NCBI GenBank assembly: GCA_963822445.1
Contig: CAWGHO010000001.1
Span: 992,001-1,056,000 of the forward strand
Reading direction: 5' to 3'
Source of the DNA: an uncultured Acidobacteriota bacterium
Lineage (GTDB): Bacteria; Acidobacteriota; Thermoanaerobaculia; Gp7-AA8
Length of the DNA: 64,000 nucleotides
Positions 8,850-19,599 of the stretch are shown here, piece after piece. A program made the position numbers and the translations under genes. Below the pieces are notes generated by a model that saw only the letters and a list, made by a program, of their open reading frames with translations, ran no database searches and was not told the origin of the DNA. The number at the start of each line of letters is the position of its first letter. Position 1 is the stretch's first letter.

Positions 8850-10159
8850 ACAGCGTTCGAGGTTAGCACGCGGGCCTCGTTCAGGCAGCGATCGAAGATC
8901 TCCACGGCGCTGTCGATCTGCGCCTCGCTGTGCGAAGCCATGACCTGGAACCGGAAGCGCGCCCGCTCGCGCGGAACCGCAGGAAACTCGACGAGGTTCG
9001 CGATCAGGCCGTTCTCTTCGAGCAATCGCGACGTCCACTTGGCCACGGTCTCGTCGCCGCACATCACCGGAACGACGTTGCTGGGATTGCCGAGGCACTC
9101 GATACCGCGCGACTCGTAGCCCACGCGAAGGCGCAGGATGTTGTCGAACGCGCGCGTCCGCAGCTCATCGCCTTCCTCGCTGCGCACGATCCGCAATGCC
9201 TCCAGCGCCACCGCCGACTGCACCGGGGAGATGCCGTTCGAGTACATGTGCGAGCCGCCGTAGATGCCGAGGAACTGGCGCACCGATTTCTCGTTCGTGG
9301 CCACGAAACCGCCGTTGCTCGAAAACGTCTTCGAGAAACTGCCCATCACCAGATCGACTTTCCCGAGCATCTTCTGGATGCCGATCTGCCCCGTGCCGCC
9401 GGGACCGGTCGCGCCGAAGTCGTGGGCGACGTCCATCATCAGCACCGCGCCGAATTCATGCGCGACCTGCTGCAGACGCTCGATGTCGGGGCTGTCCGAG
9501 TCCATCGAGAAAAGGCCTTCCGACACGACCAGGATCGCGTTCTCCGTGTCTTTCTCGCGGATCTTCGACAGCCGATGCCGCAAGGCGTCGGCGTCGTTGT
9601 GCCGGAACATCCAGACGTTCTGCGTGGCCGCGCGTGCGCCCTGCAGAAGACAGGCGTGGGAGAGCTGATCGATCACGATCGTGTCCTGCGGCCGCACCAG
9701 GCCGGTGATCAGTCCGAAGCCGGCCGCCCATCCCGTCGGAAACAGGAGCACATGTTCCATCTGCAGCATGTCGCCCAGGGCACGCTCGAGCGCGCGGCCG
9801 GGAATGGTGTTGCCCTGCAGCATCGGCGAGGCCGCGGCATGCGGGCCGTACTGGCGGAGCGCGGAGATCGCGGCCGAAGTGATGTCGGGATGCGCGGAGA
9901 GGCCGAGGTAGTCCTGCGAACCGAAATTCAATCCAGTCACGCGGCGGCTGTTCTGGCTCGACAGCTCCGTGGTCGTGCCCGGCTTCGCATGCAGCGTGCG
10001 CGCATACGGCCAGGTGTTCAGCTCGGCGCGAAGGTCGAGCCACTCGCCCAGCGGACGCGTCCGATTGAGCAGGTGCGATCCTTTCGGACTCGCGAACAGA
10101 CCAAGGTGTTTGGTGAACGCCGGTGATTCGATCGAAGACACGTCGGGCAGAGAAGTCAA
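8846..10159 (-). CDS. PLP-dependent alpha-oxoamine synthase (BioF/Kbl/SPT family)
   Basis: SQDYLGL, FRHND, EGLFSMD, DVAHDFG, GSFSKT, FPAVP. Confidence 0.85.
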   Translation of the reverse strand: MTSLPDVSSIESPAFTKHLGLFASPKGSHLLNRTRPLGEWLDLRAELNTWPYARTLHAKPGTTTELSSQNSRRVTGLNFGSQDYLGLSAHPDITSAAISALRQYGPHAAASPMLQGNTIPGRALERALGDMLQMEHVLLFPTGWAAGFGLITGLVRPQDTIVIDQLSHACLLQGARAATQNVWMFRHNDADALRHRLSKIREKDTENAILVVSEGLFSMDSDSPDIERLQQVAHEFGAVLMMDVAHDFGATGPGGTGQIGIQKMLGKVDLVMGSFSKTFSSNGGFVATNEKSVRQFLGIYGGSHMYSNGISPVQSAVALEALRIVRSEEGDELRTRAFDNILRLRVGYESRGIECLGNPSNVVPVMCGDETVAKWTSRLLEENGLIANLVEFPAVPRERARFRFQVMASHSEAQIDSAVEIFDRCLNEARVLTSNAV

Positions 10160-10296
10160 TCAGGCTCCTTCGGACTCAGTAGTTTTGGACCGCACTCCAC
10201 AACGCGTCTCCGATACGTCGATTCCAGAAGGAGGGCATTCCACTATTCCAATTCATATGTGATGGATGAACGTGCACCGGTCTGTACAATTCGCGC

Positions 10297-13053
10297 ATGG
10301 CCCTGCAAGCGAACGAGATGCTCGGCCCCTATCAGATCGCCGGTCTCATCGGCGAAGGGGGCATGGGCGCGGTCTATCGAGCAAAAGACACACGCCTCGG
10401 CCGCGACGTCGCGATCAAAGTCCTGACCAACGTCACGCTCAGCGATCGCGAGCGCCTGCTGCGCTTCGAGCAGGAAGCGCGCGCGACGGGGATGCTCAAT
10501 CATCCCAACCTGCTGACGATCTACGACGTCGGCCGCGACAGCGAGGGCTCGCCGTTCCTGGTCAGCGAGCTGCTGGAAGGGGAAACGCTCAGCAACCGGC
10601 TCATTCGCGGAGCGCTTTCACCGCGCAAGGCCGTCGACGCCGCGCTGCAGATGGCCAACGGACTCGCGGCCGCGCACGACAAAGGGATCGTTCATCGCGA
10701 TCTCAAGCCGGACAATCTCTTTCTCACGCGCGACGGCCGTCTGAAGATCCTCGACTTCGGCATCGCCAAACTGAACGCGACGAAGTCCGGTGAAGGTCCG
10801 GCCTTCGAAGTCGCAGCGACCGAGCCGGGCATGGTCCTGGGCACGGTCGGCTACATGTCGCCGGAACAGGTCCGCGGCGAGCTCGTCGACCACCGCTCGG
10901 ACATCTTCTCTCTCGGCGCGATCTTCTACGAGATGCTCACCGGGAACCGCGCCTTCAAGCGCAACTCCGGCATCGAGACCCTCGGCGCGATCCTCAAGGA
11001 AGATCCGCCCGAGCTCACCGAAGTGCTGCCGAACGTTCCGCCGGCCGTCGAGCGGCTGGTGCGGCGATGCCTGGAGAAGGATCGCGAGCTGCGCTTCCAG
11101 TCGGCGCGCGACCTCGGCTTTCACCTGGAAACGCTGTCGTCGATGTCGCAGTCCAGTGGCACGTTGTCGAGTGTTGCGCGGCCGGCAGCGACGAATGCGT
11201 CGACGGCGATCCGTTCCTCGACGGAGATGCCGACGACGCGGACGCCTGTGCCTTCGGCCGCCGCGCCGACTGCGCGTACTTCGGCCGTGCCGGCGCCGAC
11301 TGCCGCGCGGCGGCCGTTAACGAAGCCGAAGCCGCGGGTCTCGCCGGTGCTGCTCACGCTGCTGTTCATCGCCGCGGTGGCCGGTGCGGCGTACGGCGGA
11401 TGGAAGTTCGCGCAGCGCGAGACCGAAGTGATCGTGGAGCCGAAGTTCCACCGGATGACCTTCCGGCGTGGCGACGTGCGCTCGGCGCGATTCACGCCGG
11501 ACGGTCAGACCATCATCTACACGGCGGCGTGGGACGGGCAGCCGTCGGACATTTACGCGGCGTCGGGTCGCGCGGCCGAGGCGCGGCAGCTCGGGATTCC
11601 GGACAGCGAGGTGCTGGCGGTTTCGAAAGGCGCGGAGCTGGCGATCCTGCTGCGCCGCGATCGCATCACGCGCGTGGGCACTCTCGCGCGCGTACCGCTG
11701 GGTGGCGGCATGCCGCGCGAGCTCGCGGTCGACGTACAGCAGGCGGATTGGTCGCCGGACGGCACGAACCTCGCCGTCATTCGCGTGGTCAACGGCAAGA
11801 CGCGCGTGGAGTATCCGCTCGGGACCGTGAAATACGAGAGCACCCATGAAGTGCGGAACATGCGTGTGTCGCCGGATGGAACGAAGCTGGCCCTCCTGGA
11901 GCGAATCCGCGGCGCGTACGACGTGGTCATCATCGGCAGCGGTGCGCCGGATCCGATCGCGCGAGGCTGGTCGAATGGCGCGAGCGGCCTGGCCTGGTCT
12001 CCGGACGGCACACAGATCTACGTTTCCGGCACGAACACGACCGCGCCGCCGTCGCTGTACGCGATCGCTGTCGATACCGGCGCGATCCGGCTCGTCTCGC
12101 GGCTGACCGGATTCGTCGCGCTGTTCGACGTGTCCCCGAACAATGAATTTCTGCTGGCGACGGGAAGCCTGCGCGCAGCGTTGGTCTGGAAAACGCCGGA
12201 TCCTCCTCAGCAACCCAGCGACCCGGCAACGCAGCAAGCCGGCAACCCGGTTCCCGCTCCTGAGAAAGACGCCTCCTGGTTCGACTGGTCGATCCTTGCG
12301 GACCTGTCGGCCGACGGACGCACGATCCTCTTCAGCGAGACGCGTGAAGGCGGCGGTGCGAAGTCTGCCGTGTACATCCGCCGCGATCACGAACCGGCGC
12401 CGGTGCGGCTGGGCGACGGCATGGGCGACGCGCTTTCGCCCGACGGCAAATGGGTGCTCATGCATCAGGGGCAGAAGCTGGTGCTCGTTCCCACCGGCAC
12501 CGGCGACGCGCGCGAGCTGAAAATCGAAGGCACGTTCGAATCCGGCGGCGCCTGGTTGCCCGACTCGCGCCGCGTGGTCGTCGGCGGCGCGACGGGCGAG
12601 CGCAAGTATCAACTGCACGTCATCGACACGCTCGACGAATCGATCAAGCCGATCTCGCCGGAGGACATCTGGTCCGGAGGCTCGCGCGCATTCGCGGTCT
12701 CGCCCGACGGCCGTTTCGTGGCCGGCATGACGAAGGAAGAGACGATCGCCATTTACCCGGTCGATGGTGGTGCACCGACGCCGGCCAGCGGCGTGGAGAA
12801 AGGCGAGATCCCGATTCAATGGTCCGCCGACGGCGCGTCGCTGCTCGTTCACCGCCCGACCGGCCTTCCCGCGCGCGTACATCGCGTGACACTGGCAACG
12901 GGCACGCGTGAGCTCCTGCGCGAGTTCGCCCCCGCCGATCCCGCCGGCGTCTACAAAATCGCGCCGGTCCTGGTCACGCCGAACGGCGACGCCTGGGCGT
13001 ACAACGCGATGCGGACGCTGGCTGATTTGTACGTGGCGGAGGGGATCAAGTGA
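10297..13053 (+). CDS. Ser/Thr protein kinase with TM segment and PD40/TolB-like beta-propeller
   Basis: [29 protein letters not shown]; repeated WSPDG/SPDG. Confidence 0.92.
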   Translation: MALQANEMLGPYQIAGLIGEGGMGAVYRAKDTRLGRDVAIKVLTNVTLSDRERLLRFEQEARATGMLNHPNLLTIYDVGRDSEGSPFLVSELLEGETLSNRLIRGALSPRKAVDAALQMANGLAAAHDKGIVHRDLKPDNLFLTRDGRLKILDFGIAKLNATKSGEGPAFEVAATEPGMVLGTVGYMSPEQVRGELVDHRSDIFSLGAIFYEMLTGNRAFKRNSGIETLGAILKEDPPELTEVLPNVPPAVERLVRRCLEKDRELRFQSARDLGFHLETLSSMSQSSGTLSSVARPAATNASTAIRSSTEMPTTRTPVPSAAAPTARTSAVPAPTAARRPLTKPKPRVSPVLLTLLFIAAVAGAAYGGWKFAQRETEVIVEPKFHRMTFRRGDVRSARFTPDGQTIIYTAAWDGQPSDIYAASGRAAEARQLGIPDSEVLAVSKGAELAILLRRDRITRVGTLARVPLGGGMPRELAVDVQQADWSPDGTNLAVIRVVNGKTRVEYPLGTVKYESTHEVRNMRVSPDGTKLALLERIRGAYDVVIIGSGAPDPIARGWSNGASGLAWSPDGTQIYVSGTNTTAPPSLYAIAVDTGAIRLVSRLTGFVALFDVSPNNEFLLATGSLRAALVWKTPDPPQQPSDPATQQAGNPVPAPEKDASWFDWSILADLSADGRTILFSETREGGGAKSAVYIRRDHEPAPVRLGDGMGDALSPDGKWVLMHQGQKLVLVPTGTGDARELKIEGTFESGGAWLPDSRRVVVGGATGERKYQLHVIDTLDESIKPISPEDIWSGGSRAFAVSPDGRFVAGMTKEETIAIYPVDGGAPTPASGVEKGEIPIQWSADGASLLVHRPTGLPARVHRVTLATGTRELLREFAPADPAGVYKIAPVLVTPNGDAWAYNAMRTLADLYVAEGIK

Positions 13054-13132
13054 AGGCGCAAAGGCGCAAAGGCTCAAAGGCTCAAAGAAAAAGCGCCTTT
13101 GCGCCTTTGAGCCTTTGCGCCTCTGAGCCTTT
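13054..13132. repeat. Inverted array of 8-bp tandem units (AAAGGCKC / GMGCCTTT)
   Basis: About four units on each arm forming a hairpin directly after the kinase stop. Confidence 0.8.
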
Positions 13133-13150
13133 CTCCGTGGCGGCAAGCCG

Positions 13151-13912
13151 GTGACTCTCGCGAATCTCGTGATCTTCACCGCCGGCATCGCCGCCGGCGC
13201 GATCAACGCGATTGCCGGCGGCGGCACGCTGATTTCCTTTCCGGCGCTGCTCTGGATCGGCCGCGACGCCATCGTCGCCAATGCCACGAATACCGTCGCC
13301 ATCTGGCCGGGATCGCTGGCCGGAGCGTATGGATTTCGGCGCGAACTCGCGACCGCGCGCCGCTGGCTGCTGTTGCTCATCGCTCCTTCGCTCGTCGGCG
13401 GCGCGCTCGGCGCGTGGTTGTTGCTGCGCACGCCGACGACGACCTTCGAGCGGCTGGTGCCGTTCCTCATCCTGGCGGCGACGATCCTCCTCGCTGCACA
13501 GGAAATGGTCACTACTCGTCTCGGCCTCGTCGCGAAATCGCACGAGAATCCCGGCGCGGGCTGGCTGACCTTTGTGCTCATCTTTCAGTTCATCGTCGGC
13601 GTTTACGGCGGCTACTTCGGCGCGGGTATGGGCATCCTCATGCTCGCCGCCCTCGGCCTGATCGGCATGACCGACATGCACCAGATGAACGGCGTGAAGA
13701 ACGTCCTGGCCGTCTTCATCAACGGCATCGCCGCGATCTACTTCGCGCTCTCGAACGCCGTAGCCTGGAACGACGTCCTGGTGATGACCGTCGGCACGAT
13801 CATCGGCGGATACTTCGGCGCGCGCGTCGCGCGGCGGTTCGGACGGGTCTTCGTCAGGCGCGCCGTCGTTGTTATCGGGATCGTGATGAGCGTGGCGTTG
13901 TTCCTCGGGTAG
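13151..13912 (+). CDS. TauE/SafE (TSUP) family membrane transporter
   Basis: NAIAGGGTLISFP, ANATN, YGGYFGAGMG. Confidence 0.88.
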   Translation: MTLANLVIFTAGIAAGAINAIAGGGTLISFPALLWIGRDAIVANATNTVAIWPGSLAGAYGFRRELATARRWLLLLIAPSLVGGALGAWLLLRTPTTTFERLVPFLILAATILLAAQEMVTTRLGLVAKSHENPGAGWLTFVLIFQFIVGVYGGYFGAGMGILMLAALGLIGMTDMHQMNGVKNVLAVFINGIAAIYFALSNAVAWNDVLVMTVGTIIGGYFGARVARRFGRVFVRRAVVVIGIVMSVALFLG

Positions 13913-13921
13913 TCTCGCGCC

Positions 13922-15676
13922 ATGCGCCTGCTGTACTCCTACATCCTCCGTTACAAGCGCCTGGCCGTCTCCGCGCTGATCCTGGCCACGATCAATCAGG
14001 TCTTTTCGCTGCTCGACCCGCAGGTCTTCCGGCTGATCGTCGACCGCTACGCCGTCAACGCCGGCAAGATGCCCCGCGACGAGTTCATGAGCGGCGTGGC
14101 CCTGCTGCTCCTGGCCTACGTCGGCGTGGCCATGGTGTCGCGCATCGCCAAGAACTTTCAGGATTACTTCGTCAACGTGATCTCCCAGCGCACCGGCGCG
14201 GCGTTGTACGAGCGGAGCGTCAGCCACTCCTTCTCACTGCCCTACGCGGTCTTCGAGGATCAGCGCTCCGGCGAGATCCTGCAGAAGATGCACAAGGCCC
14301 GCGCCGACGCGCAGTCGCTGATCAACAACTTCATCAACTTCCTGTTCATCGCTCTCGTGGGCATGGTCTTCGTGACCATCTACGCGTTCACGGTGCACTG
14401 GTCGATCGGCATGGTCTACCTGCTGCTCGCGCCGTCGCTCGGCACGCTGATGTTCTTCCTCAGCCGGCGCATCAAGACCCAGCAGAAAGTGATCGTGACG
14501 CAGACCGCGGAGCTGGCCGGATCGATGACGGAAACGCTCCGCAACGTCGAGCTGGTGAAATCACTCGGCCTCGAAAATCAGGAGATCGCGCGGCTCAACA
14601 CCGTCAACGCGCGCATCCTCGAGCTCGAACTCAAAAAAGTCCGTTTCCTGCGCTTCTACAGCTTCCTGCAGGGCACGATCATCAATAGCACGCGGGCGAG
14701 CATCCTCTTCCTCACGCTCTGGCTTCTCTACAACCGCCAGCTGACCCTCGGCGAGTTTTACGCGCTGTTTTTCTACTCATTCCCCATCTTCTCGCCGCTC
14801 GCCGAGCTCGGCGCGATCATCGCGCAGTACCAGGAAGCGCGGGCAAGCATGGAGAAGCTGGAGGAAGTGCTGGCCATCCCGCCGGCACCGAAGCCCGCGG
14901 AACCGGTCGCCGTTGGCGCGTTGATGCGCGTCGCGTTCGAGAACGTCGGCTTCACCTATCCGTCGGCGAGCACGCCGTCGCTCGAGGCGATCGATCTGGA
15001 AATCCGCGGCGGCGAGACCGTCGCGTTCGTGGGACCGTCGGGATCGGGAAAAACGTCACTGGTGAAACTGCTGGTCGGCCTCTATCGCCCGAGCAGCGGC
15101 AACCTGACCGTCAACGGGATCGACATCGAGAAAATCGACTCCGACGAGCTTCGCGGGCGCATCGGATTGGTTACCCAGGACACGCAACTCTTCGCCGGCA
15201 CGATTCGCGACAACCTGCTGTTCGTCAACCCCACGGCGACGGATGCGGAATGCATCGAAGTGCTTCGCCAGGCCGCGGCGCTGCCGATCATCGAGCGCGG
15301 CGGCCTCGGCCTCGACACGAAGATCGGCGAAGGAGGCATCAAGATCTCCGGCGGTGAGCGTCAGCGGCTGGCCATCGCCCGCGCGCTGCTGCGCGAGCCG
15401 GAGCTGATGATCTTCGACGAGGCCACGTCGAGCCTCGACTCGATCACGGAGAAGTCGATCACCGAGACCATTCGCGAGCTGACGACGAACGGACATCGCC
15501 GCATGACCGTGCTCGTCGCCCACCGCCTGTCGACGATCGCCCACGCCCAGCGCATTCACGTGCTGGCGAAGGGAAAGATCGTGGAGACGGGAACGCACGA
15601 CGCGCTGCTGGCGATGCATGGGTTGTACGCCGCACTGTGGCGGGAGCAGAGCGCGCGCCGGGAGGAAGCGGCTTAA
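13922..15676 (+). CDS. ABC exporter, fused permease/ATP-binding protein
   Basis: N-terminal TM domain; GPSGSGKT, ISGGERQR, DEATSSLD. Confidence 0.92.
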   Translation: MRLLYSYILRYKRLAVSALILATINQVFSLLDPQVFRLIVDRYAVNAGKMPRDEFMSGVALLLLAYVGVAMVSRIAKNFQDYFVNVISQRTGAALYERSVSHSFSLPYAVFEDQRSGEILQKMHKARADAQSLINNFINFLFIALVGMVFVTIYAFTVHWSIGMVYLLLAPSLGTLMFFLSRRIKTQQKVIVTQTAELAGSMTETLRNVELVKSLGLENQEIARLNTVNARILELELKKVRFLRFYSFLQGTIINSTRASILFLTLWLLYNRQLTLGEFYALFFYSFPIFSPLAELGAIIAQYQEARASMEKLEEVLAIPPAPKPAEPVAVGALMRVAFENVGFTYPSASTPSLEAIDLEIRGGETVAFVGPSGSGKTSLVKLLVGLYRPSSGNLTVNGIDIEKIDSDELRGRIGLVTQDTQLFAGTIRDNLLFVNPTATDAECIEVLRQAAALPIIERGGLGLDTKIGEGGIKISGGERQRLAIARALLREPELMIFDEATSSLDSITEKSITETIRELTTNGHRRMTVLVAHRLSTIAHAQRIHVLAKGKIVETGTHDALLAMHGLYAALWREQSARREEAA

Positions 15677-17601
15677 CGCACGTGTTTGTCGAACAACTCC
15701 ACGTTCCGGCGCATCACATCCATCTTCAGTTTCGGCTCCGGCACGCCATGTCTGCTTCGCGGATAAACCACCATCGTCACGTCGACTCCAAGCTCGTCGA
15801 GTAACCGGTACAGCAGCGTCCCCTGCGAAAGCGGAACACGATCGTCATTCTCGCCGTGCTGGATCAGCACCTTCGCGGGCGTCGGTTTGAGGTGCCAGGC
15901 CGGCGATTGGGAACGCAGAAGCTCGACGGACAGCGGCGGATGACGCATTTCGTCGAGTGATGAATCGGGTGTTTCACGCTGATCGAAGTAGTGCGGAAGG
16001 AAATCGCGGATGTCGGCGGTGCCGTGATAGCTCAGCAGGTCCGTGACCGCGGCGCCGATGCTGTACGCGCGGAAACGATCGCTGTGGCCGAGAACCCATG
16101 CCGCGAGATAGCCGCCGTAGCTCCAGCCCATGATGCCGAGGCGTTTGGGATCGGCGATGCCGTCGGCGATGAGCTTGTCGATGCCGGACTCGATGTCCAT
16201 CCACGGCATGACCGCCCAGTCATTGCGATTCGCGCGATGGAATGCGCTGCCGTAGCTGCCCGTGCCGCGCGGATTGGGCCGCAACACCGCGAATCCGCGC
16301 GCGGCAAGGACGTGCGGCGCATAGGTCAGGCCGTGATAGCCGAGAAAACCCTGATCGAAGTTCGAGGCCGGACCACCGTGAATGAAGGTCAGCAGTGGCA
16401 CGCGCTGACCGGGTTTGTAGCCGACGGGCAATGTCAGCAGGGCCTCGATCTCCAGGTTGTCTTTCGGGTTCTTCCAGCGGATCACCCGGGTCTCGCCGAG
16501 GGTGCGGTTGCGATAGGCGGCGTTGTGGTTCGTGACCCGCTGGCCTTCGACGAAGATCTCCGGCGGCTCGGTGAGCGACTGCTGCACGAACGCGACGCGG
16601 CCGCCCTGCATGTCCACGTCTCCGACGACGCCATCGATTTTCGTCGTGTTGGTGAAGCCCGTCCCGTCGACATTCACGCGAAAGAGCTGCGCGGTCGTGT
16701 TCCAGGAGCCCTCGAAGAAAACCGAGCGCGAGTCGTCGCTCCAGAGAATCGCCTCCGGCGTCCGGTCGTACTCCCTGGAGATGTTCCGCGGCGTGCCTCC
16801 GCTGCTGGGAACGACGTAGACCTCATGCTCGAGCAACCAGTCATGCGCGCCGGTGCTGGTGAAGGCGACCCACTTCCCATTCGGCGAGAACACCGGACCG
16901 CGATCGAGTCCGGGTCTGGTGACGAGCGGTTTGAGCGCACCGCCGCGTGTCGAGACGAGATAGATGTCCGAACGGAACAGATCGTCGAGGCCATTGCCCG
17001 GCGCGCGATCGATGGCGATCCACTGCCCATCGGGCGACCAGGAGAAGTCTCGCCAGATCGAGAACGCGCCATTGGTGAGCTTGCGCACCGTACCGCTGGC
17101 GACGTCGACGATGTAGAGATGCACGTATTTGCGTGCGCCGACGATCTTCGGGTCGTCGCGCTCCTTCGCGCGCCGCTCCTCGTCGGCCGTCTGTTCGTCG
17201 AGGCGCAGAAAGGCGATCGATTTGCCGTCCGGCGACCACTGATATTCGCGGACCGGAGTCGGCTCGTTGGTCAGACGGCGAGCTTCGCCGCCGTCAGGAT
17301 CGATGAGCCAGATCGCGTGCTTTCCGCCATCGCGATCCGACAGAAACGCGATCCGCTTGCCGTCCGGCGACCACTGCGGATTGACATCCGACGCTTCGTT
17401 GCGCGTGAGCTGGCGGTCACTCGATCCATCGGCGCGGACGATCCAGATGTCGGTGTCGTACACGCTCCGCTTGAGGTCCGCGCGGCTCACGACGTACGCG
17501 ACGCGCGTGCCGTCCGGCGACAGCCGGGGCGTCGATAGCCCCGGCATGGTCGCGTAGTCTTCGATGGTCAGCGTGCTGGCGAGGATGAGCGCGAGAAGCA
17601 T
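15673..17601 (-). CDS. S9 family (acylaminoacyl/prolyl oligo) peptidase
   Basis: Signal peptide, WSPDG propeller, HGGP, GWSYGG, DDRVP, catalytic His region. Confidence 0.9.
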   Translation of the reverse strand: MLLALILASTLTIEDYATMPGLSTPRLSPDGTRVAYVVSRADLKRSVYDTDIWIVRADGSSDRQLTRNEASDVNPQWSPDGKRIAFLSDRDGGKHAIWLIDPDGGEARRLTNEPTPVREYQWSPDGKSIAFLRLDEQTADEERRAKERDDPKIVGARKYVHLYIVDVASGTVRKLTNGAFSIWRDFSWSPDGQWIAIDRAPGNGLDDLFRSDIYLVSTRGGALKPLVTRPGLDRGPVFSPNGKWVAFTSTGAHDWLLEHEVYVVPSSGGTPRNISREYDRTPEAILWSDDSRSVFFEGSWNTTAQLFRVNVDGTGFTNTTKIDGVVGDVDMQGGRVAFVQQSLTEPPEIFVEGQRVTNHNAAYRNRTLGETRVIRWKNPKDNLEIEALLTLPVGYKPGQRVPLLTFIHGGPASNFDQGFLGYHGLTYAPHVLAARGFAVLRPNPRGTGSYGSAFHRANRNDWAVMPWMDIESGIDKLIADGIADPKRLGIMGWSYGGYLAAWVLGHSDRFRAYSIGAAVTDLLSYHGTADIRDFLPHYFDQRETPDSSLDEMRHPPLSVELLRSQSPAWHLKPTPAKVLIQHGENDDRVPLSQGTLLYRLLDELGVDVTMVVYPRSRHGVPEPKLKMDVMRRNVELFDKHVR

Positions 17602-17631
17602 GGCGCGAGTATGCCACCCGCGACACAACTA

Positions 17632-19599
17632 CTACTGCACGAGAACGCTGTTGCTCAGCTCCGACGTATTCACGCCATACGGCAGCGACCCGAAGTCGCT
17701 GAAGTGCGTGCGGGTCCAGGTCGCATTGATCCACTTCCCGCGATGGTCGCCCGGAACGGTGATGGTGATGGTCTGGTCCCTGATCGACGAAGTGCTTCCC
17801 GATCCGATGAACCACTCGCCGTCGCCGTCAGGACCGTCATTGGTGAAGAAATCGAACGCGCCGCTGTTCGAGTCCGGTCCCAGCGGCTTCGAGTTGACCG
17901 TCACGGTGATGCTGGTCATGTTGCTCGCCGCGTCGTACTGAGCCGACAGCAGCACGGGCGCGTTCGAGGCCTTGTCGCGATCGTCCGTGTCGACGGGCGA
18001 CACGCCGTCCAGGCCCCAGTCGATGCCGATTCCGAAGTTGTTCCGCATCGAATTGCGGCGCATCTCCACGACGTCCGCGGCTTCCGCGGCGCGCGCGACC
18101 GCGATTCCCATGTGACCGTGGTCGCGGATCACGTTGTCGTTCACTTTCGCGAAGAAGATCTCCGGCCCGAGGAAGATGCCGCTGGCGCCGTTCTGGCCGA
18201 TGAAGTTGCTGGTGATCGTCGCCGATCCCCGCCACATCCAGATTCCGCTGAACTGGTTGTTGGCGATCACGTTCTGCGACACGACCACGCCCTCGGCGAA
18301 GTCGAGGCGCAGCCCACGCTGATTGGGCATGGGATCGAAACCGTCGGCTTTCGCGCCGATGTGGTTGTTCTTCACCTCGCGGCGATCGGGCCGGCCGCCG
18401 CAAGACCCGCCGGTTGCGAACCACAGTCCCTGATCCTCATCGAAGTTGCCGATCGCCAGTCCGTTGACGACGCCTTCGCACAAGGCGAGCATCCGGATCC
18501 CTCGACGCGCGAGGCGGCCGTCGATGGCGATCTCCGGCCCGCGCTGATTCGTGTTGCCCGTGAATGTCGTCTGGCGATCTCCCTCCAGCGTCACGCGGTC
18601 AGCGGTAATGGACGGCAGCGGCGTGAGCGGGGTGATCGTGAACCAGCCTTCCGCCGGGACCGGCTTCGGAATCTCGAAGACGATGCGGCAGGGACCGGGC
18701 GTGCATCCCGCGTTCGCATCGGTGATGGCCTGGCGCAGCGAGCCCGGGCCGTCGTCGGCGGTGCTGTCGACGGTGATCCAGCGATAGACCGGAACAGCGT
18801 TGATGTTCTCGTTGTCCGATGAATCGGGATCGGCCAGATCGCCGGACACGCGGGCCATCAATTTCACCTCGCCGCCGCGGCGGTCGGAGCTCGCGCGGAC
18901 GCCGATCCGGAACGGCTCGCCCGAACAACCGTGCGGGAGCTCGGCTCGCGTGCAAACCGCGGCCGACCCTTCGATCCGGCAGGTGTAACCCGAGGCGGGA
19001 GTGATGGACGTGACCGTGCCGCCGGCCGCGGTGAATTCCGCGCGGACGGTTGGCGGACGATTGTCGCGGGTCTCGTTGCAGACGTTTGCGGTGAACGTCG
19101 CGCTTTCACCCGGATCGATGCGCTCGGTTCGCGCGGAGATGAAGATGTTGAGATCCGCTTCGATCCTGGTTTCCCAGGAAAAGCTGTGGGAGTTGTTGGC
19201 CAGGCTGGGATCGGGTGTCTCCGAGAGTAGCGATCCCTTGACCGTGTAGGTCGCGTTGGCGATCGGCGCCCGCAGCTCGATGCTGCCGTAGTGGAAGGGC
19301 GCGCCGACGTGCATGTCGCCGACTTCGCAGCGGATCGGGCGCTGCATGGAGTCGCATTGCTTGATCACGTCGCCCGCTCCATAGCCGAGGCGGGTGACGG
19401 TGACACCTTCCGGGACCTCGAAGGTGAGCACGGCGTTGCGCGCCACGTCCGGCCCGTGATTGACCATGGCGAACGTGACGTCGACGCGATCCGGATAGCG
19501 GTTCGCGCTCATCGAGAACAGCAGGTTCGCGTCGGCGAGCGCGGCGGAGGAGACGAGAAGGGAGAGAAAGAGGAAGAGAGTCCGGGAAAGTTGGGTCAT
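17632..19599 (-). CDS. Secreted protein with DUF11-like Ig repeats and right-handed beta-helix
   Basis: Signal peptide; N.GPD.A, DP...NN repeats; DDGPGSLRQAITDAN; parallel beta-helix repeats; GIGIDW..DGV. Confidence 0.75.
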   Translation of the reverse strand: MTQLSRTLFLFLSLLVSSAALADANLLFSMSANRYPDRVDVTFAMVNHGPDVARNAVLTFEVPEGVTVTRLGYGAGDVIKQCDSMQRPIRCEVGDMHVGAPFHYGSIELRAPIANATYTVKGSLLSETPDPSLANNSHSFSWETRIEADLNIFISARTERIDPGESATFTANVCNETRDNRPPTVRAEFTAAGGTVTSITPASGYTCRIEGSAAVCTRAELPHGCSGEPFRIGVRASSDRRGGEVKLMARVSGDLADPDSSDNENINAVPVYRWITVDSTADDGPGSLRQAITDANAGCTPGPCRIVFEIPKPVPAEGWFTITPLTPLPSITADRVTLEGDRQTTFTGNTNQRGPEIAIDGRLARRGIRMLALCEGVVNGLAIGNFDEDQGLWFATGGSCGGRPDRREVKNNHIGAKADGFDPMPNQRGLRLDFAEGVVVSQNVIANNQFSGIWMWRGSATITSNFIGQNGASGIFLGPEIFFAKVNDNVIRDHGHMGIAVARAAEAADVVEMRRNSMRNNFGIGIDWGLDGVSPVDTDDRDKASNAPVLLSAQYDAASNMTSITVTVNSKPLGPDSNSGAFDFFTNDGPDGDGEWFIGSGSTSSIRDQTITITVPGDHRGKWINATWTRTHFSDFGSLPYGVNTSELSNSVLVQ

